From an uncultured delta proteobacterium (GTDB lineage Bacteria > Desulfobacterota > Binatia > UBA9968), in the NCBI GenBank assembly GCA_963816145.1, contig CAWFJP010000004.1, positions 1-64,000 of the forward strand: 64,000 nucleotides of DNA. The letters run 5' to 3'. Below, piece by piece: positions 49,954 through 61,632 of the stretch (positions within the stretch are counted from its first letter, which is position 1; every line of letters begins with the position of its first letter). The translations under genes were made by a program, and so were the position numbers. The notes below the pieces were generated by a model, which saw only the letters and a program-made list of their open reading frames with translations, made no database searches and was not told where the DNA came from.

Positions 49954-51333
49954 ATGAATGACGTTGCAAAATTGCCCGCCGATGCTGGAACTTCACCGGC
50001 GCCAGTGATGACACCGCGCGAGATCGTTTCGGAACTCGACCGCTATATCGTCGGGCAAAAGGACGCGAAACGGGCGGTAGCCATTGCGCTGCGCAACCGC
50101 TGGCGGCGCCAGTTGGTGCCGGAGGACCTGCGCGACGAGATCGCGCCGAAGAACATCATCATGATCGGCCCGACCGGCGTGGGCAAAACCGAAATTTCCC
50201 GCCGCTTGGCGAAGCTCGCCCAGGCGCCGTTTATCAAGGTTGAAGCTTCGAAGTTCACCGAGGTGGGCTATGTCGGCCGCGATGTCGAGTCGATCATCCG
50301 CGACTTGACCGATCTCGCCGTCAACATGGTGAAAGAGGAAGAAAAGCAGAAGGTCGAGATCAAGGCGCGCGAAGTCGCCGAGGAGCGAGTGCTCGATTTG
50401 CTGCTGCCGGCGGGAACGCCGGTCGACGGCGAAGCGATCGACGCGGTTCGTCTGCAAGGAACCCGCGACAAACTCAAGAAAATGCTCCGCGACGGCAAGA
50501 TGGACGACCGCTTCGTCGAGATCGAAATGTCGCAGTCGATGATGCCGATGATCGAAGTGCTGACGCCTCAGGGCATGGAAGGCATGGAGTTCAATCTCAA
50601 AGACATGTTTTCCAACATGATGCCCAAGAAGACCAAGAAGAAGACCGTCAAGATTCCCGAGGCGCTGGAGATTCTCACCCAGGAAGAAGCGGCGAAGCTG
50701 GTCGACATGGATAAGGTTACCGGCGAAGCGACCCGGCGCGTCGAGCAGTCCGGCATCGTCTTTCTCGACGAGATCGACAAGATCGCCGGCCGTGAGTCGA
50801 TGCATGGCCCGGATGTCTCGCGCCAAGGCGTGCAGCGCGATCTCTTGCCGATCGTCGAAGGCTGTACGGTCAACACCAAATACGGCTTGGTGCGCACCGA
50901 CCATATTTTGTTCGTTGCTTCCGGGGCGTTTCACACCGCCAAGCCGTCGGACTTGATTCCCGAGTTCCAGGGGCGCTTCCCGATTCGCGTGGAGCTGAGT
51001 TCCCTGGGCAAGGCCGACTTCGTGCGCATCCTCACCGAGCCGAAGAACGCGCTGATCAAGCAGTACGAAGCACTGCTTGAAACCGAAGGCGTGCATCTCA
51101 AGTTTGCCGACGATGCGGTGCAGGAGATCGCCGCCATCGCCGCCGACGTCAACGAGCGGATGGAAAATATCGGCGCGCGCCGGCTGCATACGATTCTCGA
51201 AAGGCTCCTCGACGAAGTCTCTTTTGCCGCGCCGGAAATGCACGGCCAGGAAGTCGCCATCGACGCGGCTTACGTGCGCGAGCGGCTGGCGCCGATCTTG
51301 ATGAGCGAGGATTTGTCGCGCTATATCCTCTAA
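49954..51333 (+). CDS. hslU: ATP-dependent protease ATPase HslU
   Basis: [36 protein letters not shown] terminus. Confidence 0.97.
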   Translation: MNDVAKLPADAGTSPAPVMTPREIVSELDRYIVGQKDAKRAVAIALRNRWRRQLVPEDLRDEIAPKNIIMIGPTGVGKTEISRRLAKLAQAPFIKVEASKFTEVGYVGRDVESIIRDLTDLAVNMVKEEEKQKVEIKAREVAEERVLDLLLPAGTPVDGEAIDAVRLQGTRDKLKKMLRDGKMDDRFVEIEMSQSMMPMIEVLTPQGMEGMEFNLKDMFSNMMPKKTKKKTVKIPEALEILTQEEAAKLVDMDKVTGEATRRVEQSGIVFLDEIDKIAGRESMHGPDVSRQGVQRDLLPIVEGCTVNTKYGLVRTDHILFVASGAFHTAKPSDLIPEFQGRFPIRVELSSLGKADFVRILTEPKNALIKQYEALLETEGVHLKFADDAVQEIAAIAADVNERMENIGARRLHTILERLLDEVSFAAPEMHGQEVAIDAAYVRERLAPILMSEDLSRYIL

Positions 51334-51338
51334 ATTAA

Positions 51339-52232
<894 letters not shown>

Positions 52233-53420
52233 ATGAAGAACAAAGACGTGGCTGCGCTGACCGATAAATTCGTCGCCAAGACCTACGCGCGCACACCGCT
52301 GGCGCTGGTCAAAGGCCGGGGCGTCAAGGTGTGGGACGCCGACGGCAAGGAGTATCTCGACTTTCTCGCCGGCATCGCGGTCAATAGTTTCGGCCATTGC
52401 CATCCGGCGATCGTCAAGGCGATCAAACAGCAGGCGCAAACTTTGATGCATGTGTCCAATCTCTACCACATGCAGCCGCAATCGGAGCTCGCCCGCGAAC
52501 TGTGCCGCAACTCGTTCGCCGACCGGGTGTTCTTTTGCAACAGCGGCGCCGAGGCTAACGAAGCGGCGTTCAAGCTGGCGCGCCGCTATGGCCAGGAGAA
52601 GCTCGGCGGCAAGTATGAAATCATCTCGACGCATAACTCGTTTCATGGCCGCACGCTGGCGACTCTGACCGCCACGGGGCAAGAGAAGGTCCGCGCCGGC
52701 TATGATCCTCTGCCCGCCGGCTTTCGCCAGGTGCCGTACAACAAGCTCGACGCCATGGAAGCGGCCATCGACGAGAAAAAAACCGTGGCGATCTTGATCG
52801 AACCGATCCAGGCCGAGGGCGGCGTCATCGTGCCCAATGAGACTTACATGTTGGGCCTGCGCGAGATCTGTGATCAGCGGCGCATTCTGTTGATCTTCGA
52901 TGAAGTGCAGACCGGCATGGGCCGCACCGGCAAGCTTTTCGGTTACGAGAACTTCGGCGTCAAACCCGATATCATGACCTTGGCCAAGGCGCTTGGCGGC
53001 GGTTTGCCGCTCGGTGCGATGTTGGCGCGCGAAGAGGTTGCTAACAGCTTTGGCCCGGGGAGTCATGCATCGACGTTCGGCGGCAATCCGGTCGCTTGCG
53101 CCGCCGGGTTGGCAGTGATGCAGTTGCTCAAGAGCGGCGCGTTGAAGAACTGCGTGCAGATGGGCAAATATTTCGTCAAAGGGCTCGAAGCGTTGAAAAA
53201 GCGTTTTCCGTTTATTCGCGAGATTCGCGGCAAGGGGCTGCTCATCGGCGTCGAGCTTGAAATGGAAGGCAGCAAAATCGTCGACGCTTGCATGCTCGAA
53301 GGGTTGCTGATGAACTGCACGGCGGCCAAAGTGTTGCGCTTCGTGCCGCCGCTGACCATCAAGAAAAATGAAATCGACCGCGGCTTATCGATCCTGGAAA
53401 AAGTGCTGGCTCGCCAATAG
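52233..53420 (+). CDS. argD: Acetylornithine aminotransferase
   Basis: NSGAEANEAA, SFHGRT, DEVQTGMGRTG, LAKALGGG. Confidence 0.94.
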   Translation: MKNKDVAALTDKFVAKTYARTPLALVKGRGVKVWDADGKEYLDFLAGIAVNSFGHCHPAIVKAIKQQAQTLMHVSNLYHMQPQSELARELCRNSFADRVFFCNSGAEANEAAFKLARRYGQEKLGGKYEIISTHNSFHGRTLATLTATGQEKVRAGYDPLPAGFRQVPYNKLDAMEAAIDEKKTVAILIEPIQAEGGVIVPNETYMLGLREICDQRRILLIFDEVQTGMGRTGKLFGYENFGVKPDIMTLAKALGGGLPLGAMLAREEVANSFGPGSHASTFGGNPVACAAGLAVMQLLKSGALKNCVQMGKYFVKGLEALKKRFPFIREIRGKGLLIGVELEMEGSKIVDACMLEGLLMNCTAAKVLRFVPPLTIKKNEIDRGLSILEKVLARQ

Positions 53421-53440
53421 CATTTAGAATCATTAATTCG

Positions 53441-54406
53441 ATGAACAAACGCGACCTGCTAAATTTCGACGGCATGAGCCGCCGGGAGTTCGACGGCATA
53501 TTGCGAATTGCCGGTGAATTGAAGCGAAAACAGCAGCGCGGTATCTCGCATGCGTTACTGGCCGGCAAGCAGCTCGCATTGGTTTTTGAGAAACCGAGTC
53601 TGCGCACGCGCTCGACCTTCGCCGTCGGCATCACACAGTTAGGCGGCAGCGCCGTTTACTTAGGACCCGCCGAGGTTGGCTTAGGCACGCGGGAAACTCC
53701 GGCGGACTGTGCACGTAATCTCGATCGCTGGTTCGATCTGATCACCGTGCGCACTTTCGGGCATAAGATTATCGAAGAAATGGCCGAGTACTCCGCGGTG
53801 CCGGTGATCAATTCACTAACCGATTCGTACCACCCCTGCCAGGTGTTGGCCGACTGCCAGACGTTGATCGAACATAAGGGCGTGCTCGAGGGACTCAACA
53901 TTACCTTTATCGGCGACGGCAACAATATGGTTCATTCATGGTTGGAAGCCGCCGCAATTGTACCTTTCTCATTCAGATGGGCTGGTCCCAAGGGCTACGA
54001 ACCCGATCCGTCGATCGTCCAAAAAGCGCGCAGCCAAGGAGCAAAGATTATCTTAACCGATTCCGTCGAAGACGCGGTGGCTGATGCAGATGCGATCTAT
54101 ACCGATGTCTGGACCAGCATGGGTCAAGAGAACGAAGTTCAAGATCGCTTGAGGGCGTTTCGCGCTTACCAAGTTAACAATCGGGTGGTTAGCTTGGCCA
54201 AAAGCGACGCCGTTGTGATGCATTGTTTACCAGCGCATCGCGGCGAGGAAATTACCGACGAAGTCTTGGAAAGCTCGCAGTGCGTCGCCTTCGATCAAGC
54301 GGAGAATCGCCTCCATGCGCAGAAGGCCGTGATGGTCTGGCTGCTAAATGGGTTCAAAGGTTCAATCAAGAAAACCGCAAGCAGAGGTCCGAAGAAATCC
54401 AGATGA
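53441..54406 (+). CDS. argF: Ornithine carbamoyltransferase
   Basis: KPSLRTR, HPCQ, DVWTSMG, HCLP. Confidence 0.95.
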   Translation: MNKRDLLNFDGMSRREFDGILRIAGELKRKQQRGISHALLAGKQLALVFEKPSLRTRSTFAVGITQLGGSAVYLGPAEVGLGTRETPADCARNLDRWFDLITVRTFGHKIIEEMAEYSAVPVINSLTDSYHPCQVLADCQTLIEHKGVLEGLNITFIGDGNNMVHSWLEAAAIVPFSFRWAGPKGYEPDPSIVQKARSQGAKIILTDSVEDAVADADAIYTDVWTSMGQENEVQDRLRAFRAYQVNNRVVSLAKSDAVVMHCLPAHRGEEITDEVLESSQCVAFDQAENRLHAQKAVMVWLLNGFKGSIKKTASRGPKKSR

Positions 54407-55602
54407 ACGTCAAGAAAGTAGTATTGGCTTACTCCGGCGGGTTGGATACGTCGGTGATTTTACGCTGGCTCAAAGAAGAATACGGTTGCGAAGTTATCGC
54501 CTTCTGCGCTGACCTCGGCCAGGGCGAAGATCTCCAAGCGGTGCGCAAGAAAGCGATTCAGACCGGCGCGAGCAAAGTCGTGATCGGCGACCTGCGCGAG
54601 GAGTTCGTCAAGAATTACGTTTTCCCGATGCTGCGCGCCAATGCGGTGTACGAAGGTTCCTATTTGTTGGGTACCTCGATTGCCCGGCCGCTGATCGCCA
54701 AAGGCCAAATCGATGTCGCCGTGCGGGAAAAAGCCGACGCGGTCTCCCATGGCGCCACCGGCAAGGGCAACGATCAAGTGCGCTTCGAGCTCACTTACTA
54801 TGCGCTCAAGCCGGGCATCAAAGTCATCGCGCCCTGGCGCGAGTGGAACTTGAATGCGCGCTCGACCTTGATCGACTATGCGCGCAAGCATGGCATCCCG
54901 GTGCCGGTCACCAAGGCCAAACCCTACAGCACCGATCGAAACCTATTTCACATCAGTTACGAAGGCGGCATTCTGGAAGATCCTTGGAAAGAGCCGCCTG
55001 CAGACATGTTTGTTTGGTGCCGGCCGGTGGAGAAGGCGCCCAACCGCGCCGAATATATCGAGATCGACTATGTGCGCGGTGATCCGGTGGCGCTCAACGG
55101 CAAAAAACACTCGCCGGCAAATCTGTTGGCGCGCTTGAACGATATCGGCGCCAAGCATGGCATCGGCCGGGTCGATGTGGTCGAGAACCGTTATGTCGGC
55201 ATGAAGTCGCGCGGCGTTTATGAAACCCCTGGTGGCACGATTCTCCATGGGGCCCATCGCGGCGTGGAGTCGATCACCATGGACCGTGAGGTTTTGCGCT
55301 TGCGGGATTCGCTGATCCCGCGCTACGCCGAGATGATCTACTACGGCTACTGGTTTGCGCCGGAGCGCGAGGTGCTGCAAAAAACCATCGATGCCGCCCA
55401 GGCCAACGTCACCGGACGGGTGCGCGTCAAGTTGTACAAGGGCAACGTCATGGTCGTCGGCCGCAAGGCCGATGCCTCGCTTTACGATTCCAACGTGGCG
55501 ACCTTCGAGGCCGATCAAGTTTACCGCCAGGCGGATGCCGAAGGGTTTATTCGTTTGAATGCGCTTCGTTTGCGGTTACGGAAACTTGCCAAGGCGAAAT
55601 AA
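54403..55602 (+). CDS. argG: Argininosuccinate synthase
   Basis: [31 protein letters not shown]. Confidence 0.97.
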   Translation: MNVKKVVLAYSGGLDTSVILRWLKEEYGCEVIAFCADLGQGEDLQAVRKKAIQTGASKVVIGDLREEFVKNYVFPMLRANAVYEGSYLLGTSIARPLIAKGQIDVAVREKADAVSHGATGKGNDQVRFELTYYALKPGIKVIAPWREWNLNARSTLIDYARKHGIPVPVTKAKPYSTDRNLFHISYEGGILEDPWKEPPADMFVWCRPVEKAPNRAEYIEIDYVRGDPVALNGKKHSPANLLARLNDIGAKHGIGRVDVVENRYVGMKSRGVYETPGGTILHGAHRGVESITMDREVLRLRDSLIPRYAEMIYYGYWFAPEREVLQKTIDAAQANVTGRVRVKLYKGNVMVVGRKADASLYDSNVATFEADQVYRQADAEGFIRLNALRLRLRKLAKAK

Positions 55603-55677
55603 ATTGATAATGGACAATGGAAAATTGATAATTCCACATCCGACAATTATCCATTATCCATTTTCAATTATCCATTG
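55603..55677. repeat. Inverted array of ATAATGG/ATTATCC-like heptamers
   Basis: AATTGATAATGGACAATGGAAAATTGATAATT ... AATTATCCATTATCCATTTTCAATTATCCATT. Confidence 0.65.
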
Positions 55678-55698
55678 CGCGGTGCGCTGTACACTCAC

Positions 55699-57075
55699 TT
55701 GAAGAAGTCCAACAAAAAGCTCTGGGGCGGCAGATTCAGCGGCGGCACCGCCGATTCGGTGGAAGCGTTTACCGCGTCCATCGCCGTTGATGCACGGCTC
55801 TACCGCCATGACATTATGGGCAGCATCGCCCACGCCAAGATGCTTGGCAAGCAGCGCATCATTCCGCGGCGGGACTCGCTTAAAATCGTCCGCAGCCTGG
55901 CGGCGATCGAGCGCGAGATCAAGAGCGGCAAGTTCGAGTTCTCGCCGGCGGATGAAGACATTCATATGAATATCGAGCGCCGGCTGACCGAGAAGATCGG
56001 CGCCGCCGGCGGCAAGCTGCACACGGCGCGCAGTCGCAACGATCAGGTCGCTCTGGATATGCGGCTCTATTTGCGCGACGAGGTGGCGGCGATACTGGTC
56101 ATTCTTGAAACGTTGCAACGGGAACTCGCCAAGGCGGCCAAGAAACATCTCGATGTGATCATGCCTGGCTATACTCATCTGCAGCGGGCACAGCCGGTGC
56201 TGCTATCGCATCATTGGCTGGCCTACTACGATATGTTCGAGCGCGACCGCGAGCGCTACCTCGGCTGCTTGGAACGGATCAACGTTCTGCCGCTGGGCTC
56301 GGGCGCCCTCGCCGGCACGACCTTTCCGATTGATAGAGTGTACGTGGCCAAGCTCTTGGGCTTTCCGCGGATCTCCAAGAACAGCATTGATGCGGTGAGT
56401 GATCGCGATTTTTTGCTGGAGTTTCTCTCGGTCTCGTCGATTCTGTTCGTGCATCTGAGCCGGTTGGCCGATGAATTGGTTCTCTGGTCGAGCCAAGAGT
56501 TCGCTTTCGTCGAACTGCCGGACGGTTATTGTACCGGCAGCTCGATGATGCCGCAGAAGAAAAATCCCGATGTTCCGGAGTTGATTCGCGGCAAGACCGG
56601 GCGCGTGTTCGGCCATCTGCATGCGCTGTTGACCATCATGAAAGGATTGCCGCTTGCCTATAATCGCGATCTGCAAGAAGATAAGGTGCCGTTGTTCGAC
56701 AGCGCCGATACGGTCATAGCGAGCTTGAAAATCATGGGCGAGATCGTCCGCGGTTTGAAAGTCAGGCGTGAGCGCATGTTGGCGGCGGCCCAAGACGGCT
56801 ATATGAACGCGACGGACTTGGCCGACTATCTGGTCGAGCGCGGCATGCCGTTCCGCCAAGCCCATGAGGTGTCGGGCAGGATCGTGCGATTGGGAATGTC
56901 GCTCGGCAAGCGCATTGAAGAGTTATCGCTCACGGAGTTGAGAACGTATTCGAAAAAAATCGATAAAGACATCTACGACTATCTTTCCGCCGCATCGGTG
57001 GTCGGGCGCCGGCGTGCGTTGGGCGGCACGTCGAGGAGCAATGTCGTGCGCCGGCTGAAAGAACTGGGAGTCTAG
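55699..57075 (+). CDS. argH: Argininosuccinate lyase
   Basis: [28 protein letters not shown]. Confidence 0.97.
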   Translation: MKKSNKKLWGGRFSGGTADSVEAFTASIAVDARLYRHDIMGSIAHAKMLGKQRIIPRRDSLKIVRSLAAIEREIKSGKFEFSPADEDIHMNIERRLTEKIGAAGGKLHTARSRNDQVALDMRLYLRDEVAAILVILETLQRELAKAAKKHLDVIMPGYTHLQRAQPVLLSHHWLAYYDMFERDRERYLGCLERINVLPLGSGALAGTTFPIDRVYVAKLLGFPRISKNSIDAVSDRDFLLEFLSVSSILFVHLSRLADELVLWSSQEFAFVELPDGYCTGSSMMPQKKNPDVPELIRGKTGRVFGHLHALLTIMKGLPLAYNRDLQEDKVPLFDSADTVIASLKIMGEIVRGLKVRRERMLAAAQDGYMNATDLADYLVERGMPFRQAHEVSGRIVRLGMSLGKRIEELSLTELRTYSKKIDKDIYDYLSAASVVGRRRALGGTSRSNVVRRLKELGV

Positions 57076-57510
57076 ATGAAACACGCATGGCTGCTGGTAT
57101 TGATGTTGGTCGTCGCGGCAAGCGCATGTGGCCGAAAGGGCGAACCCCGCGCGCCGGAGCTGGCGACACCGAAGTTGATCACCAATCTCACCGCGAGATC
57201 GACCGCCGCCGGCGTTGCGCTCAGCTGGAACCGGCCGACGGAATATGTCGATGGCAGCGAGCTCAAGGACTTGGCTAGCTTCGTGATTTTCCGCAAGGAA
57301 ATTTCCCAGAGCTGCCTCGATTGCCCGGTGCCGTACCGGGAGCTGACCACGGTCAACGTCGAGGATCGGGAGAAATTCGTGCGTCTCAAACAGTATCGTT
57401 TTGACGACCGCGAAGTGCGCGTCAATACCATATACCGCTATCGTGTGGCGTCGCAGTTGTTCGACGGCTCGTTGAGCGGGCCGTCCAATGAAGTAGAAAT
57501 TTCCCGCTAA
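57076..57510 (+). CDS. Lipoprotein with FN3-like domain (YifL/LptM-like N-terminus)
   Basis: Lipobox ASACGRKGEP, between argH and lysA. Confidence 0.75.
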   Translation: MKHAWLLVLMLVVAASACGRKGEPRAPELATPKLITNLTARSTAAGVALSWNRPTEYVDGSELKDLASFVIFRKEISQSCLDCPVPYRELTTVNVEDREKFVRLKQYRFDDREVRVNTIYRYRVASQLFDGSLSGPSNEVEISR

Positions 57511-57520
57511 GAGGTCAGGC

Positions 57521-58792
57521 ATGAATTACTTTCAATATCTCCGTGGTGAAATGTTCGCGGAAAACGTTCCGCTCAAACGTATCGCCCAGGAGGTTGGCAC
57601 CCCGGCTTACGTCTATAGTCTCGCGACGTTGAAGCGTCATTACAGCGTCTTCGACCAGGCCTTCGCCAAGGTGCCGCATATCGTTTGCTTTTCGGTGAAA
57701 GCCAATTCCAATCTGGCGCTGCTGCGCGCCTTCGCCAAACAGGGCAGCGGTTTCGATATCGTGTCCGGCGGCGAACTGTTTCGCGCCTTGAAGGTCGGCG
57801 CCGATCCCAAGCGGATCGTTTTTTCCGGCGTCGGCAAGAAAAAGCATGAAATCGAGTACGCGCTCAACTCCGATATCTTGATGTTCAATGTCGAGTCGGA
57901 AGAGGAGTTGACGGCATTAAATGACATCGCCGCCGGCATCGGCAAGAAAGCGCCGATCAGTCTGCGCGTCAATCCCGACGTCGATCCGCAGACCCATCCC
58001 TATATTTCCACGGGAATGAAAAAAGCCAAGTTCGGCGTCGATATCAAGCGGTCCATCGAAATCTACAAAAAAGCGGTGTCGCTCAAGAACTTGGAAGTGG
58101 TCGGCGTTGACTGCCATATCGGCTCTCAGTTGACGTCGCTGACGCCGTTCGTCGACGCGCTCGCCAAGCTGCGCGAGTATCTCGACCGCGTGCTGCTCGG
58201 CGAGATGAGAAAAGAAGGCGCGCGGATCCGATATCTCGATCTCGGCGGCGGATTGGGCATCAATTACAACGAAGAAGATCCGCCGTTGCCGGAGGCTTAC
58301 GCCAAAGCGATTATCAAAGGCCTCGAAGGGCTGGACGTGACGCTGATCCTCGAGCCGGGCCGGGTGATCGTCGGCAACGCCGGCATTCTTCTGACCGAAG
58401 TGCAGTTCATCAAAGAAACCGACACCAAGAAGTTCGTGATTGTCGACGGCGGCATGAACGATCTGATCCGGCCGGCGCTCTACGGATCGTACCAAGCGAT
58501 CCGGCCGGTGGTCGAGACCAAGGCGGAGATTATCAACGCCGATGTCGTTGGGCCGATCTGCGAGAGCGGCGATTTCTTCGCCAAGGACCGCGACATCGCC
58601 CGGCCCAAGCGCGGCGATTTACTGGCGGTGATGAGCGCCGGCGCCTACGGCTTTACCATGGCGTCGAACTACAATTCGCATCCCAAGCCGCCCGAAGTGC
58701 TGGTCGATGGCGATCAGTATTACGTCGTGCGCAAGCGCGAGAGCTTCGAAGATCTGATCAACGGCGAGATGATTCCGGCTGCGTGGCAATAA
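57521..58792 (+). CDS. lysA: Diaminopimelate decarboxylase
   Basis: FSVKANSN, HIGSQ, LEPGR, GPICESGD, MASNYNS. Confidence 0.96.
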   Translation: MNYFQYLRGEMFAENVPLKRIAQEVGTPAYVYSLATLKRHYSVFDQAFAKVPHIVCFSVKANSNLALLRAFAKQGSGFDIVSGGELFRALKVGADPKRIVFSGVGKKKHEIEYALNSDILMFNVESEEELTALNDIAAGIGKKAPISLRVNPDVDPQTHPYISTGMKKAKFGVDIKRSIEIYKKAVSLKNLEVVGVDCHIGSQLTSLTPFVDALAKLREYLDRVLLGEMRKEGARIRYLDLGGGLGINYNEEDPPLPEAYAKAIIKGLEGLDVTLILEPGRVIVGNAGILLTEVQFIKETDTKKFVIVDGGMNDLIRPALYGSYQAIRPVVETKAEIINADVVGPICESGDFFAKDRDIARPKRGDLLAVMSAGAYGFTMASNYNSHPKPPEVLVDGDQYYVVRKRESFEDLINGEMIPAAWQ

Positions 58793-58830
58793 TTTCGTTC
58801 AAACGTTCAACGGTTTAAAAGTTCAAAGTT

Positions 58831-59652
58831 ATGGAACTGCAATTTACTAAGATGCATGGGGCGGGCAACGATTTCGTCTTTCTCGATTGTCTGAAGAACA
58901 ACGTCGAGAATCTCGAAGCCGTGGCCAAGCGGCTTTGCGACCGCCGTTTCGGCATTGGCGCGGATCAGTTGCTGACGGTGCATCCCTCTCAAGTCGCCGA
59001 CTTCAAAATGGAGATCTACAACGCCGACGGCAGCCAGGTGGAGATGTGTGGCAACGGCATCCGCTGTTTCGCCAAATATGTCTACGACCATGGCATCACG
59101 CAGAAGCGCGCGATCGAAGTGGAAACATTGGCGGGTATCATCAGGCCAAAGATCGTCGGCGATCTTGTCGAAGTCGACATGGGCGAACCGATTCTCGAAG
59201 GGCGCAAGATCCCCGTCGATGCCGATGGCGAAATCAAAAACCGTCCGCTTACGGTGCAGGGCAAGACTTATCAGATAACGTGCGTGTCGATGGGCAATCC
59301 CCACTCGGTGATCTATCTCGACGACATCGATTCTTTGGATCTGGCAAAGATCGGCCCCGACTTCGAACATCACCCATTTTTCCCCAAACGGGTGAACACC
59401 GAGTTCATCAAGATCATCGGTCCGTCGGAGGTGCGCATGCGCGTGTGGGAGCGTGGTGCCGGCGAGACCTGGGCCTGCGGCACCGGCGCCAGCGCCGTCG
59501 GGGTAGCCGGCGTCATCACCGGCCGCACCGAACGCAAAGTCACGGTCCATCTAAAAGGCGGCGATCTGGTCATCGAATGGCGCGCCGACAATCGCGTGTA
59601 TATGACCGGCGGAGCGACCGAAGTCTTTCACGGCACAGTTCAATTCGATTAG
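58831..59652 (+). CDS. dapF: Diaminopimelate epimerase
   Basis: KMHGAGNDF, EMCGNGIRC, ERGAGETWACGTG. Confidence 0.96.
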   Translation: MELQFTKMHGAGNDFVFLDCLKNNVENLEAVAKRLCDRRFGIGADQLLTVHPSQVADFKMEIYNADGSQVEMCGNGIRCFAKYVYDHGITQKRAIEVETLAGIIRPKIVGDLVEVDMGEPILEGRKIPVDADGEIKNRPLTVQGKTYQITCVSMGNPHSVIYLDDIDSLDLAKIGPDFEHHPFFPKRVNTEFIKIIGPSEVRMRVWERGAGETWACGTGASAVGVAGVITGRTERKVTVHLKGGDLVIEWRADNRVYMTGGATEVFHGTVQFD

Positions 59653-59664
59653 GAGTCGTTGGTT

Positions 59665-60543
59665 ATGTTTACTGGTTCGATGGTTGCGTTGGTGACGCCA
59701 TTCAAAAACGGCCAAGTCGACTGGCCGAGTCTTGAGGCGCTGGTCGAGTTTCACTTAAGTAACGGCACCAACGGTATTGTCCCATGCGGTACCACCGGCG
59801 AGTCGGCGACACTTAGCCATGCGGAACACGACCAAGTGATTCGCACCGTCATCAAAGCCGTGAATAAACGCGTGCCGGTAATTGCTGGCACCGGGTCGAA
59901 TTCCACCGATGAGGCGGTTCGCTTAACCAAGGAAGCGGAAAGATCCGGCGCCGACGGCGCACTAATGATCTCGCCTTACTACAACCGGCCGACCCAGGAA
60001 GGGATCTATCAGCATTATAAGAAAGTCGCCTCGGAAGTCGGTATCCCGCTGATCGTTTACAACATTCCCGGCCGCACCGGTTCGAAGATCGAAGCCGAGA
60101 CATTAGCGCGGCTTGCCGAAATCAAGAATGTTGTCGGCGTCAAAGAAGCCACTGGTTCGGTGGACCAAGCCATCGACGTGATCCGCTTGTGCGGCGATCG
60201 TCTGGCAGTCTACTCCGGCGAAGATTCGTTGATTTACTCGCTGATGGCGCTCGGCGGTAAAGGCGTGATCTCCACGGTTGCCAATGTCGCGCCGCGACAG
60301 ACCGCGCAGCTTACCCAGGCTTGTCTGGCGGGCAATTGGGACGATGGCCGCAAGATTCAATTCCAACTGATCCCGCTGATTCGCAGTCTGTTCATCGAAA
60401 CTAATCCGATCCCGGTGAAAACCGCGCTGGCGTTGATGGGCAAGTGTACCGGGGAATTGCGTTTACCGATGACGCCGATGGCCGAGGGTAACATGAAAAA
60501 GCTAAAAATAGCCCTCGAAGATTTCGGGTTATTGCAAAACTAG
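59665..60543 (+). CDS. dapA: 4-hydroxy-tetrahydrodipicolinate synthase
   Basis: GTTGES, YNIPGRT, GVKEATG, ETNPIPVK. Confidence 0.96.
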   Translation: MFTGSMVALVTPFKNGQVDWPSLEALVEFHLSNGTNGIVPCGTTGESATLSHAEHDQVIRTVIKAVNKRVPVIAGTGSNSTDEAVRLTKEAERSGADGALMISPYYNRPTQEGIYQHYKKVASEVGIPLIVYNIPGRTGSKIEAETLARLAEIKNVVGVKEATGSVDQAIDVIRLCGDRLAVYSGEDSLIYSLMALGGKGVISTVANVAPRQTAQLTQACLAGNWDDGRKIQFQLIPLIRSLFIETNPIPVKTALALMGKCTGELRLPMTPMAEGNMKKLKIALEDFGLLQN

Positions 60544-61347
60544 ATGACACTGGGAATCATTGTTTGCGGCGTCGGCGGGCGCATGGGCGGCGCGGTTATT
60601 CGCGCCGCGCAGCAGTTCGCGGGCGTGAGCGTGATCGCGGCGATCGATAGACCTGGGAGCGCGCGCATTGGCAAAGACGCCGGTGCAATCTCCGGTGTCG
60701 GCAGCATTGGTGTTTCGGTCAGCGATCGGATCTTACCCGCGCACAAAGCCAATTCAGTCATCATCGATTTCACCAGTCCCGAAGCTTCCCTGGGTTATCT
60801 AAAGGAAGCGGCGAAGCATCGTATTCCAATCGTCATTGCGACCACCGGCTTCGATGCCAAACAGTCGAGCGCCATCAAGCGGCTGGCGGGGCACACTCCG
60901 ACGCTGCTGTCGGCAAACACCAGTTGGGGTGTCAATGTGTTGGTTTCTCTTCTGGGCAAAGCCGCCAAAATGCTGGGCGATGACTACGATGTCGAGATCG
61001 TCGAAGCGCACCACCGCTTCAAAAAAGACGCGCCGAGCGGCACGGCGCTGGCGCTCGGCCGCTCGGTCGCCGAAGCGCTCAATCGCGATCTCGACAAGGT
61101 CGGCATCAATGGCCGCAAAGGCATTGTCGGCGCCCGTGGCAAAAAAGAAATCGCCCTGCTTTCGGTCCGCGCCGGCGACATCGTCGGCGAGCATACGGTA
61201 ATCTTTGGCGGTATCGGCGAGCGCCTTGAATTCATCCACCGCGCCCACAGCCGCGACACCTTCGCCCATGGCGCCATCCGCGCGGCGCAGTGGCTGGCTG
61301 GAAAGAAGCCTGGCCTGTACGGCATGCCGGATCTTTTGGTAAGGTAG
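60544..61347 (+). CDS. dapB: 4-hydroxy-tetrahydrodipicolinate reductase
   Basis: GVGGRMG, EAHHRFKKDAPSGTA, HRAHSRDTFAHGA. Confidence 0.96.
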   Translation: MTLGIIVCGVGGRMGGAVIRAAQQFAGVSVIAAIDRPGSARIGKDAGAISGVGSIGVSVSDRILPAHKANSVIIDFTSPEASLGYLKEAAKHRIPIVIATTGFDAKQSSAIKRLAGHTPTLLSANTSWGVNVLVSLLGKAAKMLGDDYDVEIVEAHHRFKKDAPSGTALALGRSVAEALNRDLDKVGINGRKGIVGARGKKEIALLSVRAGDIVGEHTVIFGGIGERLEFIHRAHSRDTFAHGAIRAAQWLAGKKPGLYGMPDLLVR

Positions 61348-61632
61348 CTGCCGCGCGAGTTCGACACGAGTTCGGCCGGCCGGCAGCCTCGTTTTTCACC
61401 ATCGGTTCCTTCCGCTAATTTCCTCACCGGGTGGCTCAAACCAAATGATTCACTCGATTGGGTTGACTTTTCATCGAGAGGGCTCCTGCAAATTCGTTGA
61501 TCGTTCACAGAAAAATTTCTTCGCAATCGCGCCAAACTCGTCTATCATTACATACTGTAAATTCGCGTTGGCGTGTGGGCTGAAATACCAAGGGTTCGAT
61601 GCGGTGATTTTGAGCAGTAACGGGATGCGGGT

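Noticed and set aside
58887-59735. 282-aa alternative-frame ORF over dapF
   Set aside because: Arg-rich off-frame artefact of high GC.
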